A stretch of 39,189 nt of DNA from NCBI GenBank assembly GCA_016786525.1, contig JAEUVW010000352.1:1-39189 (forward strand), in the 5' to 3' direction. The DNA comes from Chitinophagaceae bacterium (lineage in GTDB: Bacteria > Bacteroidota > Bacteroidia > Chitinophagales > Chitinophagaceae). Made by a program: the position numbers and the translations under genes. Of the stretch, positions 9,885 to 19,214 are shown in pieces. Numbering within the stretch: position 1 is the first letter of the stretch; each line of letters opens with the position of its first letter. The notes beneath the pieces are model-generated. The model was not told the DNA's origin. It worked only from the letters and a program-made list of their open reading frames with translations, and searched no databases.

Positions 9885-10853
9885 TTACATTTCCCGGTGC
9901 AGCAGTTCGCCCGCAAGCTGGTGCAGGTCTTCTTTTTTGGATTGGGGCAGCTCTATTTCAGCAAGGTTTTCGAAAGCAAGATCTGAATAGTGCGCTACAG
10001 CAGTACGGCATTTCTGGTCTGCACCGGTCTCTTCAAAGATACGGAGCATAGCCGGTACTTTCTGATCCGCCTCTTCTGAATCCAGCCAGTGGGCGATCTC
10101 GGTCTTCTGGGCTTTGCTGGAAGCGGCTACCGCCTGCAAATGGAGAAAAGTTTTTTTATTGGCCATGATATCGCCGCCTTTCTGCTTGCCCAGTTTATTG
10201 CTTTTGCCGAAAGCATCCAGGAAGTCGTCCTGCAGCTGGAAGGCAATACCAAGGTTTTTGCCGAAGGCATACAGGCGTTCGCACTCTGCTGCAGGAGCAT
10301 CGGCGATCAGCGCCCCTATTTTCATGCTGGCAGCCAGCAAGACCGAGGTTTTCAGGGAGATCATATTGATATACTCCTCAATGCTGACATCATTGCGCGC
10401 TTCAAAGTCCATGTCGAGCTGCTGCCCTTCACAGACTTGTATTGCCGTGGTATTAAAGACTTCGAGTACCGCTTTAAAATTGGTTTCAATGCCGGCCAGC
10501 GACTGGTAAGCATAGATACTCATGGCATCTCCGCCCAGTATGCCGGCGGTGAGTCCATATTTGGCATGTATGGTGGCAAAGCCCCTTCTCAGGGGAGCCT
10601 TATCCATGATGTCGTCGTGGATGAGGGTGAAGTTGTGAAACAGTTCAATGGCCACCGCCGCATGCCAGGCCTCTTCTTTGATCGGGCCAAACAATTCGTT
10701 GGCCATCAGGCATACGGCCGGGCGGATCCGTTTTCCGCCCAGGGAGAGCAGGTACCGGCAGGGTTCATACAGGTTGGCGGGCTCTTTGGGAAACAGGTCC
10801 CTGCTTAAAATTTTCTGTTCGAATTGCTGAACAATATTCCGGAAAGACTGCAT
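9885..10853 (-). CDS. Polyprenyl diphosphate synthase (short-chain FPP/GGPP type)
   Basis: GGKRIRP, FARM HNFTLIHDDIMD, GQQLDM, KT, SARM FQLQDDFLD. Confidence 0.92.
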   Translation of the reverse strand: MQSFRNIVQQFEQKILSRDLFPKEPANLYEPCRYLLSLGGKRIRPAVCLMANELFGPIKEEAWHAAVAIELFHNFTLIHDDIMDKAPLRRGFATIHAKYGLTAGILGGDAMSIYAYQSLAGIETNFKAVLEVFNTTAIQVCEGQQLDMDFEARNDVSIEEYINMISLKTSVLLAASMKIGALIADAPAAECERLYAFGKNLGIAFQLQDDFLDAFGKSNKLGKQKGGDIMANKKTFLHLQAVAASSKAQKTEIAHWLDSEEADQKVPAMLRIFEETGADQKCRTAVAHYSDLAFENLAEIELPQSKKEDLHQLAGELLHREM

Positions 10854-10873
10854 AAATGCCTGTTGAAAAGAAA

Positions 10874-10904
10874 TAGTTCCGGCTCTTTTGGGGAGCCGGA
10901 ACTA
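10874..10904 (-). terminator. Terminator hairpin after the thiolase
   Basis: TAGTTCCGGCTC-ttttggg-GAGCCGGAACTA with an A-rich left flank (U-tract on the minus strand). Confidence 0.75.
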
Positions 10905-10914
10905 AGAAAGTGTA

Positions 10915-12093
10915 TTACAAACGCTCAATGACAATGGCGCTGGCCCCGCCGCCGCCATTGCAGATGCCGGCCGCACCATATTGTGCATTGTTCTGGTTCA
11001 GCACATTGATGAGGGTAACGATGATGCGGGAACCGCTGCTGCCCAAGGGATGGCCCATTGCCACGGCGCCGCCCAGTACGTTCACCTGCTCGTTTTTGAG
11101 GTTCATGATCTCGCAGTTGGCCAGGCCTACCACGCTGAAGGCTTCATTCAGTTCGAAGAAGCTGATGTCTTCCATTTTCAGGCCTGCTTTGGCAACGGCT
11201 TTGGGTACGGCAATGGAAGGGGAAGTGGTAAACCACTCCGGCGCCTGCTCCGCGTCAGCAAAGCCTTTGATGCGTGCCAGGGGCTTCAGTCCCAGGGCCT
11301 GTGCTTTTTCGGCGCTCATCAGCACCAGTGCAGAAGCACCGTCATTCATAGTAGACGCATTGGCCGCGGTAACGCTGCCGTCTTTCTGGAAGGCAGACTT
11401 CAGTGTAGGGATCTTGTCAAATTTTACGTTGAACGGCTCCTCGTCTTTGGAGAAGATTTTTGGCTCTCCGCTGCGCTGGGGAATGGATACCGGGACGATC
11501 TCGCTGTCAAATTTGCCTTCGTTTACCGAAGCCTGGCTGCGGGTATAGCTCTGTACCGCAAAGGCGTCCTGCGCTTCGCGGCTGATGTTTTTCTCCCTGG
11601 CGCACAACTCTGCGCAATTGCCCATCGGGAAGTTATTGTACACATCGGTAAGGCCGTCTTTCGCCAGGCCGTCGATGAGGGTTACGTTTCCGTATTTGTT
11701 GCCCCAGCGCTGGCTGGCATTATAGAAGGGTACGTTGCTCATGCTCTCCATACCGCCGGCTACGATCACATCGGCATCCCCGAGCATAATGCTCTGGGCG
11801 CCCAGCATCACGGCTTTCATACCACTGGCGCATACTTTATTCACTGTGGTGGCAATGACATTGTCCGGCAGGCCGGCAAATTTGGAAGCCTGGCGTGCGG
11901 GGGCCTGGCCCAGGTTGGCCTGCATCACGCAGCCCATCAATACTTCATTTACCTCGTTCACATCCAGGCCGATACGGTCTATAGCTCCTTTGATCGCGAA
12001 GCCGCCCAACTGGGTGGCAGAAAAATCTTTTAATGAACCGCCCCAGCTCCCCATTGGGGTGCGGACTGCGGATACGATGACTACTTCTTTCAT
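10915..12093 (-). CDS. atoB: Acetyl-CoA C-acetyltransferase (thiolase)
   Basis: NKVCASGMKA (catalytic Cys), NEAF, GHPLGSSG, GICNGGGGASA. Confidence 0.93.
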   Translation of the reverse strand: MKEVVIVSAVRTPMGSWGGSLKDFSATQLGGFAIKGAIDRIGLDVNEVNEVLMGCVMQANLGQAPARQASKFAGLPDNVIATTVNKVCASGMKAVMLGAQSIMLGDADVIVAGGMESMSNVPFYNASQRWGNKYGNVTLIDGLAKDGLTDVYNNFPMGNCAELCAREKNISREAQDAFAVQSYTRSQASVNEGKFDSEIVPVSIPQRSGEPKIFSKDEEPFNVKFDKIPTLKSAFQKDGSVTAANASTMNDGASALVLMSAEKAQALGLKPLARIKGFADAEQAPEWFTTSPSIAVPKAVAKAGLKMEDISFFELNEAFSVVGLANCEIMNLKNEQVNVLGGAVAMGHPLGSSGSRIIVTLINVLNQNNAQYGAAGICNGGGGASAIVIERL

Positions 12094-12134
12094 TATGTAT
12101 TGCTTGTTATGTTTTTTGATTTTTGAAACGATGC

Positions 12135-12142
12135 CAAAGTTA
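12135..12142 (-). promoter_or_regulatory. -7 promoter element for the thiolase
   Basis: Reverse complement TAACTTTG about 40 bp upstream of ATG 12093. Confidence 0.55.
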
Positions 12143-12164
12143 CGGGAAATGGGCTTAAGTAAAC

Positions 12165-12181
12165 GCCCGGGTATACTCTGT
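12165..12181 (+). repeat. 17-bp intergenic repeat, copy 1
   Basis: GCCCGGGTATACTCTGT, identical at 21986-22002. Confidence 0.7.
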
Positions 12182-12297
12182 GTACTTGCTGTACTGCTTA
12201 TGGCCTGATCAGCTTTTTTTATGGTAATCCCTTAAGAAGTCAAAATTGCATTATATTTATATTCAATTATTTATACTTTGTAACAAATACCTGATCC

Positions 12298-13336
12298 ATG
12301 TTTCGGCTTACACTTATCCTGCTCACAGGGGCGTTAAACCTGACTGCTCGTGCACAGGAGCTGATCAAAAACGGTAATTTTGAACTCAAAGCAAACTGCC
12401 CTTCAACACTTAGTGAACTTTTTGAGGCTGAGGGCTGGAGTAGTGCATCCAATGCAACACCCGACTATTTTAACGAATGTGCATCGGTATACATTGGCGT
12501 ACCAACAAATGTTTTCGGCCATCAATATGCGAGGAGTGGCGTTGGATATGGGGGAATTTATATATGGGTATATCCCTATGCGGGGAAAGGCTACCGTGAG
12601 TATATGGAAACAGAACTAAAAGAAGCGCTGAAAGAGGGCGTATGCTATCACTTTGAAATGTATATAAATGTCCCTGCGTCTTATAAATATACATCCGACC
12701 AGATTGGTGTCTATTTCTCCGACAGCTTTCACTATGAATATACCATGGAAAACCTTAAGGTGACGCCGCAGATTACCAACAAAACCGGAAATTTTCCGGA
12801 TACCACAAACTGGACGCAGGTAAGTACAGACTATGTAGCCAAAGGAGGAGAACGCTTCCTCATCATCGGTGCATTCAATGATGAGCTGAACGTCGATACA
12901 GTGGATATCAATCCTTCTATAGACCATAAATCCACCTACTTTTATATAGATGATGTTTCACTGACTGAGTGCCTGCAACCACCTCCCCCTCCTCCGCCAG
13001 CACCTCCCATAGATACGTCTTTCAACAAGCCCAGGCCTCCAAAGCCTTCCGGAAACTGCATCAGTATCCCCAACGCTTTCAGTCCTGATAACGACGGGCG
13101 CAATGACCGGTTTGGGCCCATATTCGAATGCGGAGTTTCCCGATATACTTTAAAAATATTCAACAGGTACGGGGCAAGAAATCTTTTCTTCGGATAATCC
13201 CTTTGAGCAGTGGGACGGAACATTCAAAGGCCAGGGTCTGAATGTTGGGGTCTATTATTACTTTATGAAGGTCCTGTTTAATTATTACGGTGCGAAAGAG
13301 GAAATGCATAAAGGGGACATCAGCCTGCTGCGATAA
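12298..13336 (+). pseudogene. T9SS type-B (gliding-motility-associated CTD) cargo protein, frameshifted in the CTD (or sequencing error)
   Basis: Signal peptide ARA-Q, jelly-roll-like N-domain, poly-Pro linker, IPNAFSPDNDGRND...IFNRYG. The frame stops at 13197. Removing one G from GGGG at 13171-13174 gives YGQEIFSS...WDGTFKG...GVYYY...KGDISLLR* ending at 13336. Confidence 0.85.
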
Positions 13337-13424
13337 AGCTATTGTGCAGGTTGCTCACTAAACCAATATCTCCCTCCCCTTTTAAAAAAACGTACATTTA
13401 CAGCTCATTTCTAAAGGACCTGAT

Positions 13425-14924
13425 GTGAAGCTTAAATCATTCCTGGCAAAACCGTATGCCGCTGTAATACAAAAAAAGATCCGCAGGAATATGACGAATG
13501 CGCTGGCCGACCAGCAAGCCATTTTCCAGCAGCAGATCAAAAGCGGCAAGGCAACTGTATTTGGAAAAGATCACCAACTGGGCGTGGTCAATACCTATGC
13601 AGAATATACGGAAGCAGTGCCGGTCAGGGATTATGAGGGGATAAAGGACTATATCGAACAGATCAAAAACGGCACGGAAAATGTGCTGTGGAAAGGCAAG
13701 CCGATGTACTTTGCCAAAACCTCGGGTACCACCAGCGGCATCAAGTACATCCCCATTACCAAAGACTCTATTGACAACCATATTGATACGGCCAAGTATG
13801 CCCTGCTCAACTATATGGCTGAAACCGGCAGGCCGGAGTTTGCAGACGGCAAAATGATCTTCCTGTCCGGGTCACCTACCCTGGAACGCGTAGGAGGCAT
13901 CCCTACCGGCAGGCTGTCCGGTATCGTGAACCACTTTGTACCGGGCTACCTGCGCCGCAACCAGATGCCGAGCTTCGAGACCAACTGTATTGAAGACTGG
14001 GAGACCAAGCTCGGAAAGATCGTGACCGAAACCAGTAAGCAGGATATGCGCCTGATCAGCGGCATACCCCCCTGGATGCAGATGTACTTCGACTGGCTCA
14101 GCGAAGCCAATGAGGGTAAAAAAATCAAAGACCTGTTCCCCAACCTGCAGGTCATCGTACATGGTGGCGTGAATTTTGAACCTTACCGGGCCAAGCTGAT
14201 GGAAAGCATCGGCAAGACCATCGATACAGTAGAAACGTTCCCGGCTTCGGAAGGCTTTTTTGCTTACCAGGACAGCCAGCAGGAAGAAGGCCTGTTGCTG
14301 AACACCAATTCCGGCATCTTTTTTGAATTTATTCCCGTAGCGGAGGTGTTTAACCCCTCGCCGAAACGCCTGAGCCTGGCCGATGTACAGGTGGGGGAAA
14401 ATTATGCGCTTATCGTGAACAGCAATGCAGGTCTCTGGGGCTACAATATCGGTGACACGGTAAAATTCGTCAGTGTAGACCCCTACAGGATCGTGGTGAC
14501 GGGCCGGATCAAACATTTCATTTCCGCCTTTGGCGAACATGTGATCGCCGAAGAAGTGGAGCACGCACTGCGTGTGGCTGCAGCACAGCATGGAGCCCAT
14601 ATCATAGAGTTTACCGTAGCCCCGATGATACAGACACCGGACGGTTCGCTGCCCTACCACGAGTGGCTGATCTCGTTTGAGCAAGAACCGGATAGCCTTC
14701 AGGCTTTTGCACAGACGCTGGACAATGTACTGCGTGAAAAGAATGTGTATTATGACGATCTCATCCGCGGGGGTATCCTGCAAACCATCCGGATCAGCCG
14801 CCTGCAGCCCAAAGCCTTTATTGAGTATATGCGCAGTATCGGGAAGCTGGGCGGACAGAATAAAGTACCCCGCCTGAGCAACGACAGGGTATTGGCCGAG
14901 GGCCTGAAACCATATCTTTTATAA
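13425..14924 (+). CDS. GH3 auxin-responsive promoter family acyl-adenylate-forming enzyme
   Basis: FAKTSGTTSGIKYIP, FPASEGFFA, YNIGDTV, TGRIKH, GGQNKVPRL; GTG start. Confidence 0.9.
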   Translation: MKLKSFLAKPYAAVIQKKIRRNMTNALADQQAIFQQQIKSGKATVFGKDHQLGVVNTYAEYTEAVPVRDYEGIKDYIEQIKNGTENVLWKGKPMYFAKTSGTTSGIKYIPITKDSIDNHIDTAKYALLNYMAETGRPEFADGKMIFLSGSPTLERVGGIPTGRLSGIVNHFVPGYLRRNQMPSFETNCIEDWETKLGKIVTETSKQDMRLISGIPPWMQMYFDWLSEANEGKKIKDLFPNLQVIVHGGVNFEPYRAKLMESIGKTIDTVETFPASEGFFAYQDSQQEEGLLLNTNSGIFFEFIPVAEVFNPSPKRLSLADVQVGENYALIVNSNAGLWGYNIGDTVKFVSVDPYRIVVTGRIKHFISAFGEHVIAEEVEHALRVAAAQHGAHIIEFTVAPMIQTPDGSLPYHEWLISFEQEPDSLQAFAQTLDNVLREKNVYYDDLIRGGILQTIRISRLQPKAFIEYMRSIGKLGGQNKVPRLSNDRVLAEGLKPYLL

Positions 14925-14953
14925 ATTACCGACACCAAAACCTTAAGACACCG

Positions 14954-15799
14954 ATGCAACTACGTGCCTTTTCCAGATATAGTATTGCCCTTTTTACCGC
15001 TGCTCTTACCCTCTCCGTATGGAGTTGTAAGGAAGAAAGCAAACCTGAAGAAACACCAAAAACAGAAGCATCCAAACCACCGGTGCCCCTGATCAGCCAC
15101 GTGGTGGTGCAGGCACATCCGCACGATATGCAGCTGTTTACAGAAGGCCTGCTGTTTCATAAAGGCCGCCTGTACGAGAGTACCGGCTCACCCGACAACC
15201 TGCCCAACGCGAAGTCGATGATCGGCATTACCGATATTGCCAGCGGCAAGTTTACCGCAAAAGCGGAGCTGGACCGTAGCAAATATTTCGGCGAAGGGAT
15301 TGTGGTCGTCGGCGACAAGCTGTACCAGCTCACGTACAAAAACCAGATGGGCTTTATCTATGACATCAATACTTTCAAACAGACCGGCACTTTCAACTAT
15401 GCCAGCGCAGAGGGTTGGGGCATGACCACCAATGGCCAGGAGATCATTATGAGCGACGGCACCGATATGCTGACCTTCCTGAATCCTGCCGACCTGAAAC
15501 CGGTAAAGACCCTGAAGGTGACGGATGTCGGTGTTCCGCTGACCTATATCAACGAGCTGGAGTTCATCAACGGCTATATCTATGCCAATGTGTGGATGAC
15601 AAATTTTATTGTCAAAATTGATCCTTCAAACGGAAACGTGGTGGGACGCCTGGACCTCAGCCCCCTGGCTTATGAAGCGCGGAGCAAAAACCCGGAAGCC
15701 GATGTGCTCAACGGTATTGCCTATAACCCGGAAACCGGTAAAATCTATGTGACCGGTAAACTGTGGCCCAACCTGTACGAAATCAAGTTTGAGCACTAA
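14954..15799 (+). CDS. Glutaminyl-peptide cyclotransferase (plant/bacterial-type QC), lipoprotein
   Basis: Lipobox VWSC; FTEGL, LYESTG, YFGEG, EGWG, NELE, NGIAY, TGKLWP. Confidence 0.92.
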   Translation: MQLRAFSRYSIALFTAALTLSVWSCKEESKPEETPKTEASKPPVPLISHVVVQAHPHDMQLFTEGLLFHKGRLYESTGSPDNLPNAKSMIGITDIASGKFTAKAELDRSKYFGEGIVVVGDKLYQLTYKNQMGFIYDINTFKQTGTFNYASAEGWGMTTNGQEIIMSDGTDMLTFLNPADLKPVKTLKVTDVGVPLTYINELEFINGYIYANVWMTNFIVKIDPSNGNVVGRLDLSPLAYEARSKNPEADVLNGIAYNPETGKIYVTGKLWPNLYEIKFEH

Positions 15800-15824
15800 G
15801 GGCAATAAAAACACCTTATTGCCC
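15800..15824 (+). terminator. Hairpin immediately after the QC stop, possible terminator
   Basis: GGGCAATAA-aaacacc-TTATTGCCC; no clear U-tract. Confidence 0.4.
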
Positions 15825-15861
15825 CGTAAGCCATACACACTGAATACATAGGGTGTATCGG

Positions 15862-15883
15862 TTCCTCCTTCGTCGGAATGACA
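15862..15883. repeat. REP-like half element
   Basis: TTCCTCCTTCGTCGGAATGACA, resembling the TGTCATTCCG...GGAATGACA type of small intergenic repeat; lies between convergent genes. Confidence 0.5.
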
Positions 15884-16024
15884 ACTCGCTTTCTATATTA
15901 ATCTGTACTCTTATTGAGTAGTATGAATTACTATTTACATATCCATATCATTCATTCAGGAGAAAGATCATTGACTTGTTCTGTTGAAAGACAAATTATT
16001 CAGACGTGTACGGTTTCGAAAACC

Positions 16025-16717
16025 TTATAGGTCTTGCACTACGAAGCGGTACCCTACACCCTTCAAAGTAAAAATTTCCACGCCTTCTATCTCTTCAAAA
16101 TAAGCGCGCAGCTTGCTGATGTACACATCCAGGTTGCGCGAATGGAAAAAAGAATCATCGCCCCAAACCATTTGCATCAGTATGCGCCGGTCGATCACTT
16201 CCTGCTGATGTCGGCAGAAGTAATGAAGGATTTCCACTTCTTTATGCGACAGTTTAACAGACTTTTTCGCGGTTTCCAATAAAAAGCGCATGGGTGTAAA
16301 ACGTGCACTGCCCAACCTGAATTCAGTGTCCGGGGCAGGCTCTGTATGACGCTGGTAAATGTTTACCTGGTTGTTGATGCGCACCATCAGCTCCTCCATA
16401 CTGAACGGTTTTTTCAGGTAGTCCGTGCCTCCGGCAGAGAACCCGTCCAGCACATCCTGCGTCTGGCTTTTTGCGGTCAGGAAAATAATCGGCAGATGAG
16501 CATGCAGTGTGCGGATCGCGCTTCCCAGGCTGAAGCCGTCTATATAGGGCAACATCACATCCAACACACAGATATCGGGTTGAAACTGGTTGATGTGCTC
16601 CAGTATTTTTGTGCCGTCCTTTTTGTGCAATACTTCGTAGCCTTTCAGCGCCAGGGTCTCGGTAACGATCCTGGCCATATGCAACTCATCTTCTATGTAC
16701 AGTACCTTAGTATTCAT
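16025..16717 (-). CDS. OmpR/PhoB-family DNA-binding response regulator
   Basis: VLYIEDE, LDVMLP, FLTAK, DYLKKPF, winged helix VWG...RNLDVYISKLR...TLKGVGYRF. ATG 16717 overlaps the kinase end. Confidence 0.93.
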   Translation of the reverse strand: MNTKVLYIEDELHMARIVTETLALKGYEVLHKKDGTKILEHINQFQPDICVLDVMLPYIDGFSLGSAIRTLHAHLPIIFLTAKSQTQDVLDGFSAGGTDYLKKPFSMEELMVRINNQVNIYQRHTEPAPDTEFRLGSARFTPMRFLLETAKKSVKLSHKEVEILHYFCRHQQEVIDRRILMQMVWGDDSFFHSRNLDVYISKLRAYFEEIEGVEIFTLKGVGYRFVVQDL

Positions 16718-18242
16718 CCCGCGTGTTTTTGGGTAAGGAAACAGAAAAAACAGTACCTCTTCCTGCAGCATCGGCAACACTGATACTACCACCATGCTGT
16801 TCGATCACATAGCGGGCATAATGCAGGCCCAGTCCATGCCCTTTGATCAAATGCTCGTTGCCATTGGGTATACGGAAAAACTTGTCAAAGATCTTTGTGC
16901 GATATTCTTTCGATATACCGGCCCCGTCATCCGTGATACGAATCAGTATCTGTGTATTGTTTTCCGTTAAGCTGACCAGTGTATTTTTTTGCCCGTATTT
17001 GAGCGCATTATCGATAATGTTGTACAAAGCCCCCTGCAGGTGCAGCTTGTCTCCATAAAAGAAAATCAGTGTGCTGCTGCTCTCAAAGGACAATTGTTTT
17101 TGTTGTTCCTGGCTGATGGACTGTTGCTGTTGCACCAGTTGCCGGAGCAGTTCATGCATTGAAAATTGTTCTTTTTGGAAAGCGATGCGTCCTTCTTCCA
17201 GCCGCGCATTGTTCAGCACATTGGCAACCAGCATTTCCAGGCGTTTCATTTCCCATGTGGCGATCTCCAGGTACTCTTTTGTTTTCTGCGGATCAGCGTT
17301 TATGTCAAAATGGGTAAAAGCTTCCAGTGCGAGCTGGGCTGTGGTTACCGGTGTTTTCAGCTCATGCGATATGTTGCTGATGAAGTCGTTTTTCTGCTCC
17401 GTCAGTTGCAGTTGCCGCCGAACCGTTGCATAAGACAGCAGGAAGGCGATGCTGCATAGTCCCAGCATCGCGATACAGAAAGCCGTTTGCGGTAACAGGC
17501 TTTTAAAAATAAACCACTGATAATTGCCTACAGAAAAGGGGAAAAAGGATTTATTTTTAGGTGCCGGTACGATCAGCAGATCTCCGGGCTGTACTTCTTG
17601 AAGACGGTACGTCATACCCGGGTATTGGCTGTTCATCACAGATGCGAGACTCTTTTTAAACGCAGCAGTATCTATTGTCAGCCGCAGCACATCACCCTCC
17701 AGGCCGGAAAGGATATTGATAATACCCGACTTGATGATCCCCTCTTCAGGGCTGGAAGAAGAATCGGAAACAAAGACGGATTTGGATACAGCACCATCAG
17801 GCAGCACATCAATGCGCATCTCTGTCTTTTGATTCGTATGGTTGACCACAGAGGCGCTGTCGCTGCTGTAGTTCATTTCGTGCCGCATCAGGACTGTTCT
17901 TTTCGCATTACCTGTCTGCTGAAAATGCTGCTCTGCCGCCCAGGCAGAAGGGTATTGGGCAGCAAGTGCCGACACATCTGCGCTGTCGTTAAGTACAAGT
18001 AAACTATCACCTGCGGACAATACACTATCGCTGATATTTTGTGCCGTAAGGTATTTGGCCTTAAAGGCCTGGTCGAAGTATACAGCCATCTTCAGATCAA
18101 ACAGGGCTTTCAGTTTATGCTTCAGCGCCAGTTGCTCTTCGCCGTATTGTACATACAGCCAGCGCAGCGTAAAGCCGGCCAGCATCAGAAAGCTGATTCC
18201 CATCAAAAACGCAAGGGTGCGCAGGCGTCGCTTTTTGTGCAT
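16707..18242 (-). CDS. Membrane sensor histidine kinase
   Basis: Two TM segments, H-box FISNISHELKTP, N-box NIIDNALKY, G-boxes DDGAGI and GHGLGL. Confidence 0.93.
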   Translation of the reverse strand: MHKKRRLRTLAFLMGISFLMLAGFTLRWLYVQYGEEQLALKHKLKALFDLKMAVYFDQAFKAKYLTAQNISDSVLSAGDSLLVLNDSADVSALAAQYPSAWAAEQHFQQTGNAKRTVLMRHEMNYSSDSASVVNHTNQKTEMRIDVLPDGAVSKSVFVSDSSSSPEEGIIKSGIINILSGLEGDVLRLTIDTAAFKKSLASVMNSQYPGMTYRLQEVQPGDLLIVPAPKNKSFFPFSVGNYQWFIFKSLLPQTAFCIAMLGLCSIAFLLSYATVRRQLQLTEQKNDFISNISHELKTPVTTAQLALEAFTHFDINADPQKTKEYLEIATWEMKRLEMLVANVLNNARLEEGRIAFQKEQFSMHELLRQLVQQQQSISQEQQKQLSFESSSTLIFFYGDKLHLQGALYNIIDNALKYGQKNTLVSLTENNTQILIRITDDGAGISKEYRTKIFDKFFRIPNGNEHLIKGHGLGLHYARYVIEQHGGSISVADAAGRGTVFSVSLPKNTRDEY

Positions 18243-18300
18243 ATACTCCCACTTCTATTTCGTACAAAGAAAAGCATTTCTGAAACCTGGCTTACTACCC

Positions 18301-18337
18301 TTAACCTTAATTAACCTTAATTGGGCCTGGCTTAACC
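18301..18337 (+). promoter_or_regulatory. Tandem direct repeats, candidate OmpR-type operator
   Basis: TTAACCTTAA TTAACCTTAA, plus TTAACC at 18332 (10- and 21-bp offsets), upstream of a TACTTTTG -7 element at 18359-18366. Confidence 0.6.
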
Positions 18338-18384
18338 GCAGCGACTTCTCCTGCTTTCTACTTTTGGCCAAAAGAAAACAGGAT

Positions 18385-19146
18385 ATGATAACAGGGCTAT
18401 TATTATCGTTGACGATGCTTGCCGTTGCTGCAGACACAAATGCTACCGGCACTAAAGGAACCATACAATATGAAATGGTAAGCAGCTTAAACCTGAACCT
18501 GGAGGATATACCCGGTGATCTGGCGGCAATACTGCCCAAAGAACATAAGTCGGCTATGGTATTGTATTTCACCGAAACAAGTTCGCTGTACGAAAACCTG
18601 GGAAAACCTGAAAAGGAAAGCTCGGCGTTTTCTTCGTCCAGTGAAAACACCACGATCAGGTTTGAGCTCAGTACGGGTGGTGATGAAGAAAAAACATATA
18701 CCGATCTGGCGACAGGGCGCACGGTAGAGCAAAAGGATTTTATGGGCAAAAAATTCCTGGTCAGCAGTACTGGGGATAAACCCAAATGGAAGATCAGCGG
18801 CCGTCAGAAAATGCTGCTGGGCTACCCTTTACAGGAAGCGATAGATATCTCGGGTAAAGACACCGTCATTGCATGGTTCACCACTCAAATACCCGTATCC
18901 GCCGGACCTATGGGTATCAATGGGTTACCCGGGCTTGTATTGGAGGCATCTGTAGGGAAGAATCTTACTATAACAGCCACCGCCCTTACATTCGGAGAGG
19001 ATGCCGGCCATAAAATAAAAGAGCCGACGAAAGGCAGGAAGGTAAGCCCCGAACAATTCAAGCAGATCATACAGGAAAAAGAAGAGGAGATGAAGACACA
19101 GTATGGCGGAGAAGGCGTACACATCAACAGGGTCATCGTCCGCTAA
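18385..19146 (+). CDS. GLPGLI family protein
   Basis: Signal peptide; KWKISG..K.LLGY, AWFTTQIPVSAGPMGINGLPGLVLE. Start at ATG 18385, not 18055. Confidence 0.9.
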   Translation: MITGLLLSLTMLAVAADTNATGTKGTIQYEMVSSLNLNLEDIPGDLAAILPKEHKSAMVLYFTETSSLYENLGKPEKESSAFSSSSENTTIRFELSTGGDEEKTYTDLATGRTVEQKDFMGKKFLVSSTGDKPKWKISGRQKMLLGYPLQEAIDISGKDTVIAWFTTQIPVSAGPMGINGLPGLVLEASVGKNLTITATALTFGEDAGHKIKEPTKGRKVSPEQFKQIIQEKEEEMKTQYGGEGVHINRVIVR

Positions 19147-19214
19147 ACAAAATGTCAGCTATTCCTCACAGTCTTTCTGCGGCCGACTGGCCTCAGCGGT
19201 AAAGCTATACGCTC

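Noticed and set aside
10089-12033. Plus-strand ORFs 10089-10808 and 10981-12033
   Set aside because: Antisense shadows of the prenyl synthase and thiolase.
13872-14783. 303-aa minus-strand ORF
   Set aside because: Antisense to the GH3 gene.
18055-18384. N-terminal extension of the GLPGLI ORF
   Set aside because: Overlaps the divergent kinase and the promoter; the signal peptide begins at ATG 18385.
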